Of a DNA stretch of 64,000 nucleotides, positions 48,475 through 57,511 are shown piece after piece (position 1 is the first letter of the stretch; every line of letters starts with the position of its first letter). The notes below the pieces were generated by a model. The model made no database searches, had not been told where the DNA came from, and was given only the letters and a program-made list of their open reading frames with translations. The position numbers and the translations under genes are program-made. Source of the DNA: Candidatus Aegiribacteria sp. (GTDB lineage Bacteria > Fermentibacterota > Fermentibacteria > Fermentibacterales > JCC-6). The stretch covers positions 32,001-96,000 of the forward strand of contig JAWOBF010000059.1 in NCBI GenBank assembly GCA_046498225.1, in the 5' to 3' direction.

Positions 48475-49051
48475 ACTTCCTGCATTCGCCGCACAGACAC
48501 ATCTTCCTGTCATCTCCCTCCAGCTCTGACAGGCAGCGGTCCAGCAGAGAATCGTACATTTCCCCCGATTTCGGCTTCCGGCAGCCGGGACATACGGGAA
48601 GAAGCCCGGAAAGGGTCCTCACCTTCCCCCGGAGGCTCTCCAGCCGTCCCTCCAGCTCCCGTATCCTGAGGATGTCCGGGAACCTGCTCAGGGCCAGCTG
48701 AATGGCCCTGTCCAGTTCCTCCGGCTCGGGAGGTTTCACCACGTATGCTCCCACACCGGCTTTTCTGGCATCACTCGTGAGCTCATCGCTTTCGTAGGCG
48801 CTGAGTATCACGATGGGCGTGGGAAAGTGCTTCTGCATGAGAATGGAGGCTTCCAGGCCGGTCATCCTGGGCATTTTGATGTCCATGAGAACTACGTCCG
48901 GTTTCAGTTCCCTTACCATTTCCAGGGCCTCATGACCGTCCTCAGCCTCACCGGCTATTCCGTAGCCCAGCTCCTCCAGCATACCGCGGACCATCTCCGA
49001 GACCAGGTGGTCGTCCTCCACCACCAGTACCGTTTCTCTCTCACTGTTCAT
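48452..49051 (-). CDS. Response regulator: REC plus C-terminal Cys4 zinc-ribbon-like domain
   Basis: VEDD, MDIKMP, YVVKP; tail LSGLLPVCPGC...CGEC. Confidence 0.88.
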   Translation of the reverse strand: MNSERETVLVVEDDHLVSEMVRGMLEELGYGIAGEAEDGHEALEMVRELKPDVVLMDIKMPRMTGLEASILMQKHFPTPIVILSAYESDELTSDARKAGVGAYVVKPPEPEELDRAIQLALSRFPDILRIRELEGRLESLRGKVRTLSGLLPVCPGCRKPKSGEMYDSLLDRCLSELEGDDRKMCLCGECRKSSEADGN

Positions 49052-50693
49052 CCTCGACCTCCGGTTCCGCGATGCTGAAGCCTATCCTGGTCACGGCCCC
49101 CCCATCGTTGAGCAGGGTCAGTCTTCCCTGCAGGTTCTTTGATATCAGGTTCTGAATGAGATCCAGACCCAGGTTCTTCCTCTTCAGCGACAGTACGTCC
49201 CCCGGATAACCGGGACCGTTGTCGCTGTAGGTGAGGTTCACATTGCCCGCCCTGTCCTTCCGCATCCTTACCTTTATCCTTAGGGATGACCTGTCCTTCA
49301 GGGCATGCTTTATCGAGTTCCTTACCAGCTCGTTGATGATGAGCGCCATGGCATGGGCCTGGCCCGGGCCGACCGTTATGGAACTGTTGGATACGGAGGC
49401 GGTAAGCTTCTTCTTCTCCACCGCGTGGGATATGGCCCCGTTTACTATTCCCCTGGCCAGCTCGGTGAGCCTCAGGGGGTTCCAGCCGGACCTGGATAGC
49501 ATGTCATGCACCGTGGCCAGACCCCTTATCCTGCCTGTGAGGTTGCCGATGAACTCGCTGTAGTCACCGCTGGAGAATCTCTTCTGGGCGTAGAGCAGTC
49601 CGATTATCTCCGACAGGTTGTTCTTCACCCTGTGGTTCACCTCTCTCAGCAGGACGGCGTTCACCTGGGCCTCGGTCTCGGCCCTGCGGTACATCTCCAT
49701 CAGCTCCTTCTCCATCCTGTTGCGCTCAAGTGCGTTGCCTATGGCGTCTCCGACGATCCTCAGAAGATCTATCTTCTCCTCGCTCCACTGTCTACGCCGG
49801 TTCACGCTGTCGAAGCCCAGAAAACCGGTGAGGTCGCTTCCGTGGATGATGGGAACGGCCACTGTTGACTGCACATATCCCTCCTCCAGCATTCGCCTCT
49901 CCGATTCGGCCCATTCGGGCATGGAGGAGAGTTGCGGAATGTGTATCGTCTCGTGCATCTGCAGCCTGTTCATCCACCAGGGAAGTTCCGCGGTGGCCAG
50001 GTCCTGCAGCAGGTCGGCTCTGGGCTGAATGTTCGAGGCGCACCATTCATGGGTACAGCTCATGCGCTCCTGGTCTCCGCTGAACTGGAAGAGGTAGGCC
50101 CTGTCCACATCGATGGCCACTCCTATGCTGAGCAGGGCGTCATGGATGCCCATGTTGAGAGCGGACCCCTGCATCTCTATGAAATCGATGGCTATGCTCA
50201 CCAGCAGACTCTCGAACTTTCTCCTGAAATCCATCTTCCTTCTGATTGTCTCGGCATCCGTTATATCTCTCATTATGACCAGCAGCCCCCCGGTTCCGGG
50301 ATGGATCGATGTACTGAAGACCCTTTCATCGTAATCCAGGACCAGACTGGACGCATCACCGGAAGCGAGCGTATCCTTCAGACCCTCCTCCAGCATTCCG
50401 CAAAGTTCCTCCCCCGATGCCTCCCGGAAGGTTACGACCCGTCCGTCCGTTTCCTCCAGCCGGACCAGCTCCCTGAAAGCCTCGTTGCAGTAGCTCAGCT
50501 CCATTCCTCCGTTGAGAGAGAACACCGGATCGATCAACCTCTCCAGAATGGCCGACCGCTCTTCCATGGACCTTCCGAACGCCTTCACCGTCCTGACCCT
50601 CCGGATCCCTCCACCCGCCATGGATGACAGCCGGCTTTCGGGGCCTCCTGAAGGATGGAGGGTTCCTCGTCCATGGAATCCATCCGCTCGCAA
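49041..50693 (-). CDS. Cytoplasmic PAS-GAF sensor histidine kinase, HisKA_2 family (start uncertain)
   Basis: EVNHRVKNNL, NELVRNSIKHA, DNGPG, LGL; no TM segment. Confidence 0.92.
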   Translation of the reverse strand: MRADGFHGRGTLHPSGGPESRLSSMAGGGIRRVRTVKAFGRSMEERSAILERLIDPVFSLNGGMELSYCNEAFRELVRLEETDGRVVTFREASGEELCGMLEEGLKDTLASGDASSLVLDYDERVFSTSIHPGTGGLLVIMRDITDAETIRRKMDFRRKFESLLVSIAIDFIEMQGSALNMGIHDALLSIGVAIDVDRAYLFQFSGDQERMSCTHEWCASNIQPRADLLQDLATAELPWWMNRLQMHETIHIPQLSSMPEWAESERRMLEEGYVQSTVAVPIIHGSDLTGFLGFDSVNRRRQWSEEKIDLLRIVGDAIGNALERNRMEKELMEMYRRAETEAQVNAVLLREVNHRVKNNLSEIIGLLYAQKRFSSGDYSEFIGNLTGRIRGLATVHDMLSRSGWNPLRLTELARGIVNGAISHAVEKKKLTASVSNSSITVGPGQAHAMALIINELVRNSIKHALKDRSSLRIKVRMRKDRAGNVNLTYSDNGPGYPGDVLSLKRKNLGLDLIQNLISKNLQGRLTLLNDGGAVTRIGFSIAEPEVEDEQ

Positions 50694-50885
50694 ACGTTCT
50701 TCAGCCGCTCAAGGGGATCTATTCCGGTCCAGCTCCTTTCCCGGCCCGTCTGCGGGCCGTTGATGGAATATATGTATTACTGTGCCGCCGCAGAACCTCA
50801 GGATTGTCAATAATTGACATTTTAACCGGAAACGTCTATTGATTCATTGTACGTTGCTGAAAACTATTCGAAACGGAGGAAGAAA

Positions 50886-51719
50886 ATGAGATATGCCTTT
50901 TTTGCCCTCATGATCCTCGCGGTTGCCCTCTCGGCATCCGTCAGGGTGGGCGGCTCCGGGCAGTCCGGCCACTGGCCGGTAAGGGGTTCCTACTCCATCG
51001 TGAGGCAGATGACCGGCGGGCTTGAAGCATCTTACGGTCTTGCCATAAAGACCACCGTCCCGAACAGCATCTGGATACTCAACTGGAGCGACATGGCCAA
51101 CTACGAGTTCGAGATCGACTCCGGCGACCCCACCGGCGAATCCTGGGCCATCACCGGGGGAGTAGACCCTGACGACCAGGCCTTCTGCGAGTACACCAGC
51201 GGAGCCCAGTGGTTCATGACCGACTACTCGGCCAGTTTCTTCGCGGTGTTCGAGGAGGACGGCACCTTCATCCACAACATCGACGGTCCCGCCGGCTACA
51301 CCAATCTTTTCGGCGTTGGAGCAGGCTACGACAACATCTACCTCGGAAGCCCCAACGATGACAAGCTGGCCTGGGGAGCCTATACAGGTTCCGAGACATC
51401 CATCACCTGGTCGGATATCGGCTACGACGGAAAGGCCGTCTACGGCCTGGCCGTATGGGAGAACTACCTTTTCGTGGCCACCTCCGACGAGGCCGACGTC
51501 AACATCATAATACACCAGCTCAACCCCGACGGTTCACCGGACCCAACACCCGTATGGACCACCATATTCTTCGAGGCACCGGTCAACGGCGGAATAGACT
51601 ACGACGGCGAATACCTCTACATCTACCCGCAGAACGACTACATCTACGTGCTGGATATAGACTTCGAGCCCGAGGCCCTTCAGCAGAGCACCTGGGGCAA
51701 TATCAAGTCCGCTTTCTAG
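50886..51719 (+). CDS. Secreted acidic beta-rich (propeller-like) protein with C-terminal TWG motif
   Basis: GGAGG SD, signal peptide, YGLA/GIDYDG repeats, ends in ALQQSTWGNIKSAF. Confidence 0.8.
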   Translation: MRYAFFALMILAVALSASVRVGGSGQSGHWPVRGSYSIVRQMTGGLEASYGLAIKTTVPNSIWILNWSDMANYEFEIDSGDPTGESWAITGGVDPDDQAFCEYTSGAQWFMTDYSASFFAVFEEDGTFIHNIDGPAGYTNLFGVGAGYDNIYLGSPNDDKLAWGAYTGSETSITWSDIGYDGKAVYGLAVWENYLFVATSDEADVNIIIHQLNPDGSPDPTPVWTTIFFEAPVNGGIDYDGEYLYIYPQNDYIYVLDIDFEPEALQQSTWGNIKSAF

Positions 51720-51740
51720 CAGCCGCACACTGCCGTAACG

Positions 51741-51776
51741 GAAGAAAGGCGGGACCTCTCCCGCCTTTCTTCTTTT
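51741..51776 (+). terminator. Rho-independent terminator
   Basis: GAAGAAAGGCGGGA-CCTC-TCCCGCCTTTCTTC followed by TTTT. Confidence 0.85.
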
Positions 51777-51793
51777 GCTGTCTCCGACGCTTT

Positions 51794-52822
51794 CTATACC
51801 AGGTCCGGGTCGCTCTTTTCCAGCTCCGCCACGATCTCCCGCAGCCGCTGGGAGTACTCATCGCTCATCACCAGGGTGACCTTTTCCGTCTCCACCACCG
51901 ATACGTTGCTAAGGCCCATCAGGACCGTGAGCTTTCCCGGGTTCCACACCGTAGTGTTCCCGCTGTCCATGGAAAGCACCTCTCCCCTTCCCACGCCGCA
52001 TTCCCGGGCTGAGGGCCAGTCCCCTATGTCGTTCCACCCGAACCGGGCGGGGACCACCACCACGTCTTCGGCCTTCTCCATTATCCCGTAGTCCACGGAC
52101 ACCGATTCAAGGGAGCAGTACACCTCCGGGTCGGGGGTGGTTTCCTTTCCCAGCCCCTGAAGGCCCCTGGCCAGCCGGGGAAGATGGGCGGATATCTCGT
52201 TCATTATCTCGTCGGGCCTCCAGATGAACATCCCCGCGTTCCACAGGTACTCCCCGCTGGCGAGGTATCGGGAGGCTGTAGCGCTGTCGGGCTTCTCAGT
52301 GAACGATATCACCCGCGAGACATCATCCCCGCAGGGCCGGCCCGCGTGCAGGTAGCCGAACCCGGTGGCGGGCCTGTCCGGAGGAATGCCTATGGTTACC
52401 AGCCTGCCCTCGGCGGCGGGACCCGCGGCGAGGCGAACAGTTTCCCTGAAACCCTCCGGGCTGTCTATCACATGGTCGGAGGGCACCACTACCATCAGGG
52501 ACGAACCGAGCCCCCTTTCGATGAGCGTTGCGGCCGCCCAGCCTATGCAGGGAGCGGTGTTCCTGCCGGATGGTTCCAGCAGAAGGTTCTCCCTGTCCAG
52601 CCATGGAAGCTGCTCCATGACCGTATCCCCGTACTCCCTTCCGGTTACCACCAGTACGCTGTCCCGTCCGCAGAGGCCCTGGAACCTGTCGGCTGTCTGC
52701 TGCAGCATGGTCCTGTCCCCCGTGAGCTTCAGGAACTGCTTGGGCATGCCGGAGGTGGAGACCGGCCAGAACCGGGTCCCCCTGCCTCCAGCCATGATGA
52801 CTGCTGCGAATCTTTGTTCCAT
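51794..52822 (-). CDS. manC: Mannose-1-phosphate guanylyltransferase
   Basis: MAGG.GTRFWP.S, PKQF, RNTAP, PSDH, EKP, WNAGMF, DYGIME, W.DIG.W. Confidence 0.95.
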   Translation of the reverse strand: MEQRFAAVIMAGGRGTRFWPVSTSGMPKQFLKLTGDRTMLQQTADRFQGLCGRDSVLVVTGREYGDTVMEQLPWLDRENLLLEPSGRNTAPCIGWAAATLIERGLGSSLMVVVPSDHVIDSPEGFRETVRLAAGPAAEGRLVTIGIPPDRPATGFGYLHAGRPCGDDVSRVISFTEKPDSATASRYLASGEYLWNAGMFIWRPDEIMNEISAHLPRLARGLQGLGKETTPDPEVYCSLESVSVDYGIMEKAEDVVVVPARFGWNDIGDWPSARECGVGRGEVLSMDSGNTTVWNPGKLTVLMGLSNVSVVETEKVTLVMSDEYSQRLREIVAELEKSDPDLV

Positions 52823-52831
52823 GGTCTCCCT

Positions 52832-53686
52832 TCAGGGTTCTATCAGGTAGCCAGAACCTCCCAGCTGGAAACTCCCTCCCCCGGAATCGGCCAGCAGGCA
52901 GGCGGGCGCCTGGAGTTCGGAGCCCGGCAGGGCCCAGCCCGAACAGAGAAAGAAGATGCATCCGCCGGGCAGGCGCAGCGTGTCGTTCTGGCTCACGTGA
53001 CTTATCGAGTAATCCGCATTCAGTTTGCCTCCCCGGAAGATCCCGTCCCCGCTCAGGGGCACCGGATTTCCGGGACTGTCCCAGTCCACGGCGTTCATGC
53101 CTTTCTTCAGATGCAGCTCTCGCCGTCCGCCCCCCCGGTCCCTCCTGTCCCAGTCGTAGAGCCTGTAGGTGACGTCGCAGTTGCTCTGGACCTCAAGTAC
53201 GGTGAGTCCCGGCCCCAGGGCATGCACGGTGCCGGGAGGTATGTGATAGGCATCGCCCTCCTCCAGGGGGACCCTGCGCAGACATTCTTCCGCCCTCCCC
53301 TCCTTAACCGCCCTGAGAAAGGCATCCCTGTCGGTTCCCTTCAACCCTCCCATCATCCAGGCACCGGGTTCCGCCGAGAGCACTATCCAGGTCTCCTCCT
53401 TCCGGAGATCTCCGCCGGTGGCGCCGGGATGCACCTGCACCGAGAGCCGGTCGGCTGTGTGCAGGGTCTTCAGAAGCACGGGATACGAGCTGCCTCCGGG
53501 AAGCCTGCCCGAGGACACAAGGCGTTCGACCGTGGTCCTTTCAGAGCCCGAGGGGTCCTTGAGCACGGCGGAATCGTCCCCCCTGTGGAAGACCCACCAT
53601 ATCTCCCCTGCGGGCAGGTCCCCATCCCTACGGGGAATTGAGCCCCAGACCCTGGGGACATACAGGGGCTCGGTCAGGAACAGCAT
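52832..53686 (-). CDS. manA: Type I mannose-6-phosphate isomerase
   Basis: VWG, LSVQVHP, GTVHA, EVQ...DVTYRLYDW, RELH. Confidence 0.92.
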   Translation of the reverse strand: MLFLTEPLYVPRVWGSIPRRDGDLPAGEIWWVFHRGDDSAVLKDPSGSERTTVERLVSSGRLPGGSSYPVLLKTLHTADRLSVQVHPGATGGDLRKEETWIVLSAEPGAWMMGGLKGTDRDAFLRAVKEGRAEECLRRVPLEEGDAYHIPPGTVHALGPGLTVLEVQSNCDVTYRLYDWDRRDRGGGRRELHLKKGMNAVDWDSPGNPVPLSGDGIFRGGKLNADYSISHVSQNDTLRLPGGCIFFLCSGWALPGSELQAPACLLADSGGGSFQLGGSGYLIEP

Positions 53687-53692
53687 ATCAGT

Positions 53693-54397
53693 TCACCTCT
53701 TCAGCCGGTCCAGCATCCCTCTCAGCAGGACCGGACCGGTGAAATCCCTCTCGGGGTGCCACTGGACGGCCACAACGCCGCCGTCATCGGATTCCATTGC
53801 TTCAATGACCCCGTCGGAAGAACGGGCCGCGACGCGGAAACCGCCGGGTACATCGCTCACCGCCTGATGATGGTGGCTGGACACTTCGATCCCGTCACCG
53901 AAAATATGGTTAAGAAAAGTACCCCTGGTAAGGGCGATCATGTGGCTGGCCGGGCTTCCCGGTCTTCCGTGATGGTGGCAGGGGTTATCCACCTGGGCGG
54001 GTATGTCCTGTATGAGCTGCTCCCCCTCGGCGATCCCTATCAGCTGAATGCCCAGGCAGATGCCGAGTACGGGGATCCCCCTCCTCCTGGCGGACCTGTA
54101 GAACTCCATCTCCCACAGGGGTCTCTCCCTCCTGCAATCCACGGAGCCGCAGTTAAGCTGACCGTAGAGGTCCGGGTCCGGGTCCCCCCCGCCGGTGAGC
54201 ACCACCATGTCCAGAATGTCCAGAATGCCCTCGAGACCGCCGGCCGAAGGCACTATTCCCACCGGCACGGTATTCGCCGTTCCCATCAGGTCGGCGTAGC
54301 TCTGGTTGAGTGAGAACAGCCAGCGTCCGCAGGAAGGGACCCTTTCCCCGTCGTTACGCTGCCAGTTCAGGGTCAGGCCGATTACCGGCCTTCTCAT
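53693..54397 (-). CDS. Peptidase C26 / gamma-glutamyl-GABA hydrolase family glutamine amidotransferase
   Basis: RPVIG, LTGG.D, GICLG, HHQAV, VQWHPE. ATG at 54397 overlaps the nadA stop. Confidence 0.92.
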   Translation of the reverse strand: MRRPVIGLTLNWQRNDGERVPSCGRWLFSLNQSYADLMGTANTVPVGIVPSAGGLEGILDILDMVVLTGGGDPDPDLYGQLNCGSVDCRRERPLWEMEFYRSARRRGIPVLGICLGIQLIGIAEGEQLIQDIPAQVDNPCHHHGRPGSPASHMIALTRGTFLNHIFGDGIEVSSHHHQAVSDVPGGFRVAARSSDGVIEAMESDDGGVVAVQWHPERDFTGPVLLRGMLDRLKR

Positions 54398-55299
54398 CCG
54401 GTGATCTCCATCATCCGGTCCACGGCGCTGCGGGCCCTTCGCCTGATCCCGGGCTTCACCTCTATCACCGGCTTCAACTCTCTCAGGGAGTCCAGAACCT
54501 TTTGAAGGGATATCTTCTTCATGTTCGGACAGTAGATGCCGCCGACGGCCATGAAGTCCCGGTCCGGGTAGAGGGTCCGAAGGCGATAGATCATTCCCTC
54601 TTCCGTGCCTATCAGGAACCTTCCGCAGTCGGATGAGCCGATGTAGCGTATCATTCCGCCGGTCCCCAGGACCGCGTCGGCCATCTCCCATGCCTCCGGC
54701 GGGGTCTCCGGATGTACCAGCAGCCGGGCGTCGGGCCACTCCTTCCGCTTGTCCCTGATACTTCCGATGTCAGCCGTCGCGTGGCTCCTGCAGGCTCCGT
54801 TCCATATATGCACCTTCTTGCCGGTACCTCTGCTCACGAAAGCGGCCAGGTTCCTGTCGGGGGCGAATAGGACCTGCTCCGAGGGAACCGCCTCCACAAC
54901 TTCAAGGGCGTTGGCCGAAGTGCAGCAGGCGTAGCTCTCCGCCTTGACCGCCGCCGGTGAATTGACGTAGAGAACCGTCAGCGCGTCCGGATAAATGTCC
55001 TGCATGCTCCTCAGCGCGGGAACATCTATGCAGTCGGCCAGAGGGCACCCGGCTTCCGGTTCCGGCAGCAGAACGGTCTTCTCCGGGGAAAGGATGTGGG
55101 CCGTCTCCGCCATGAACCTCACTCCGCAGAACACTATCACCGACGCTTCGGTGGAGGCCGCCAGCCGGCTGAGTTCCAGCGAATCACCCACGTGGTCGGC
55201 TATGTCCTGTATATCCGGGGGCTGGTAGCTGTGGGCCAGTATCACAGCGTCCCTTGAATCCCTGAGTTCCATGATCCCGCTGATCATTTCATCCTTCAT
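54394..55299 (-). CDS. nadA: Quinolinate synthase
   Basis: LAHSYQ, GDSL, CGVRFMAET, GCPLA, YVNS, TSANA, CPNMK. Confidence 0.96.
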   Translation of the reverse strand: MKDEMISGIMELRDSRDAVILAHSYQPPDIQDIADHVGDSLELSRLAASTEASVIVFCGVRFMAETAHILSPEKTVLLPEPEAGCPLADCIDVPALRSMQDIYPDALTVLYVNSPAAVKAESYACCTSANALEVVEAVPSEQVLFAPDRNLAAFVSRGTGKKVHIWNGACRSHATADIGSIRDKRKEWPDARLLVHPETPPEAWEMADAVLGTGGMIRYIGSSDCGRFLIGTEEGMIYRLRTLYPDRDFMAVGGIYCPNMKKISLQKVLDSLRELKPVIEVKPGIRRRARSAVDRMMEITG

Positions 55300-56284
55300 C
55301 CTGTTTCCAATCATGCTTTTCCGTGGAGGAGACGAGCCCTCCCCCAATAACGGTAGAGTTCTGATATACCGCGCAGACCTGACCGGGAGCAACGGCCTCC
55401 TCGGCCCTTCGGAACTCAATATGAACCGTGTCGCCGTCTTCATCAAGAACGGCCGGCACCGGCCTGCGCCTGTACCTGGTCTGGACCAGGGCCTCGAAGG
55501 GGAAACTGCCGGGATGGACCAGCCAGTTCATCTCCACCAGCATGCATCCGGTGGAGGTGAGGTGGGCCCTTGTCCCGGCGGTTACGGTTCCCTCAAGCGG
55601 GTCCATTGAAACCACGTACATCCTTTCGCCAAGGGCTCCCAGCCCTTTCCTCTGACCCACGGTAAACCCCTCGATGCCCCGGTGGCGGCCGATGGTCCTT
55701 CCGGAGAGGTCCACGATCCTTCCGGGCCTGCCCCTGGCGGGCGTCTGGAAGCAGAGGTCCATGCTCTCCTCTCTCCTGAACGGCAGCCCCAGGGACTCCG
55801 CCTTCTCCCGCACCCTCTCCTTCCGCGTCTCTCCCAGGGGAAAGGAACACCTGGCCAGGACATCCCGGCTTACCATGGAGAGGAAATAACTCTGGTCCTT
55901 GCGGGGGTCCGCTCCCCTCTGCAGCCTTCCTCCCGCCATTCTGGCGTAATGTCCCGTCAGGAGGCTCTCATCCGGGCGGAGCATGCGGAAAAGGGTGAGC
56001 AGCTTGACCCTTGCATTGCACCTGGCGCAGGGATTGGGGGTAAGCCCGGAGGCAAGCATGATCCGGGACCATTCCCGCACCTCCCGGCGGAATTCGGCCT
56101 CGGCGTCCACCACGGTCAGGCCGACTCCCAGACGGGCGGCCACTTCCTTCGCCTCCGCGGGCGGGCCGGCCCCCGATGTGTCCACGTAGGCCGCCCTTAC
56201 GGCGTCCAGCCGTTCGGAAGCCATGCTCAGCGCCAGGGAGGAATCCACTCCCCCCGAAAGGGCCACCAGGGCTTCGCGGTTCAT
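55289..56284 (-). CDS. mnmA: tRNA-specific 2-thiouridylase
   Basis: SGGVDS, PNPC..CN, TGHYA, KDQSYFL, T.GQRKG, PGQ. Confidence 0.95.
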   Translation of the reverse strand: MNREALVALSGGVDSSLALSMASERLDAVRAAYVDTSGAGPPAEAKEVAARLGVGLTVVDAEAEFRREVREWSRIMLASGLTPNPCARCNARVKLLTLFRMLRPDESLLTGHYARMAGGRLQRGADPRKDQSYFLSMVSRDVLARCSFPLGETRKERVREKAESLGLPFRREESMDLCFQTPARGRPGRIVDLSGRTIGRHRGIEGFTVGQRKGLGALGERMYVVSMDPLEGTVTAGTRAHLTSTGCMLVEMNWLVHPGSFPFEALVQTRYRRRPVPAVLDEDGDTVHIEFRRAEEAVAPGQVCAVYQNSTVIGGGLVSSTEKHDWKQDEG

Positions 56285-56285
56285 C

Positions 56286-57485
56286 TCAGGCGCCGAATTT
56301 TGAAAGTTTTCCCGCCGCAGCCATAAGAAGGGGCATCAGGTCGGTGGAGTGAAAGGTTCCCAGCGTACCGCCCAGGGCCTGTCTCTCGGAAAATGCTGTG
56401 CTTACGCCGGTCCTCTGAGGTCCTCCATGGACCAGAACCGGCACCGGGTGCCAGCTGTGCAGTTTCATGGGACAGGGTGTGCTGTGGTCACCGGTGAGGC
56501 AGACCACGTCGAAACCCGGGGCAAGGAAGCCGGGCAGGGCACTGTCGAAATCCTGAATGGCCGAGACCTTCGCCTCGGGGTCGCCGTCCTCGCCGGCGCT
56601 GTCCACCGGCTTGTGATGAAGGAAGACCAGATGGCTGCCCTGCCTGACCGCCCGACCCACCGCCTCCGCCTCTCCCTGCAGGTTCTCCGGGCTGCACGCC
56701 ATAACTTCCATTCCCACCAGGCGGGCCACTCCCCGGTACATGGGGTAGAGGGCCACCGCGGCCGATTCCAGCTTGAACCGCTCCTTCATGGAAGGGAACT
56801 CCCTGTGAAGGGCGAAACCTCTCATCAGAATGAAGTTGGCAGGGTGGTGCCCGCTGAGTATTTCTCCAGCCCGGTCCTGGAACTCCCTTACCATATCGCG
56901 GGTCCTGCCGGAGCCTCTCACCGGGACCGGCTCCTCCCCCTCCAGCCCGGGGTCGGTATCGTTCACGTCGTCACTGAGGTCCCCGTCGCGAAATACCACG
57001 CAGGCCCTGTGCTGCTTCACCGGCATCACGTGTACCTCCACGCCCTCTATCCGTATTTCCTGCAGAAGGGAAACCAGTTCGCGGCACTTCTCGGTGGATA
57101 TCCTTCCGGCTCTCCTGTCGGTGACCACTCCGTCTTCGTCCACGGTGCAGAAATTTATCCGGGCCGCCAGGTCGCCATGCTTCAGCTGAAATCCAATTCC
57201 CGTGGCGGAAAGCACGCCCCTCCCCACTTCGTATTCCACAGGGTCGTAGCCGAAGAGCCCCAGGTGGGCCGGGCCGCTACCCGGTGTCACTCCCCTGGCT
57301 ATGGGCAGGTGCATTCCCAGCGCTCCGCCTGCCGCCAGCCGGTCCATGTTCGGTGTATTCGCCGCCTCCAGCGGGGTACGGCCGTCCAGGGCCGGGACGG
57401 GGATGTCGCCGAGACCGTCCAGTACCGCCAGAAGTATCCTGGCTTCATTTTTCTTCGCTAAGCTCTCAATGAGTCCCTTGTACAT
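56286..57485 (-). CDS. apgM: Cofactor-independent phosphoglycerate mutase, ApgM (archaeal-type)
   Basis: DGLGD, TPLEAA.TP, PGSGPAHL, DRRAGRI, TGDHSTP, HSWHPVP. Confidence 0.93.
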   Translation of the reverse strand: MYKGLIESLAKKNEARILLAVLDGLGDIPVPALDGRTPLEAANTPNMDRLAAGGALGMHLPIARGVTPGSGPAHLGLFGYDPVEYEVGRGVLSATGIGFQLKHGDLAARINFCTVDEDGVVTDRRAGRISTEKCRELVSLLQEIRIEGVEVHVMPVKQHRACVVFRDGDLSDDVNDTDPGLEGEEPVPVRGSGRTRDMVREFQDRAGEILSGHHPANFILMRGFALHREFPSMKERFKLESAAVALYPMYRGVARLVGMEVMACSPENLQGEAEAVGRAVRQGSHLVFLHHKPVDSAGEDGDPEAKVSAIQDFDSALPGFLAPGFDVVCLTGDHSTPCPMKLHSWHPVPVLVHGGPQRTGVSTAFSERQALGGTLGTFHSTDLMPLLMAAAGKLSKFGA

Positions 57486-57511
57486 CCTGCACCTCTATTC
57501 TTCATTCATCT

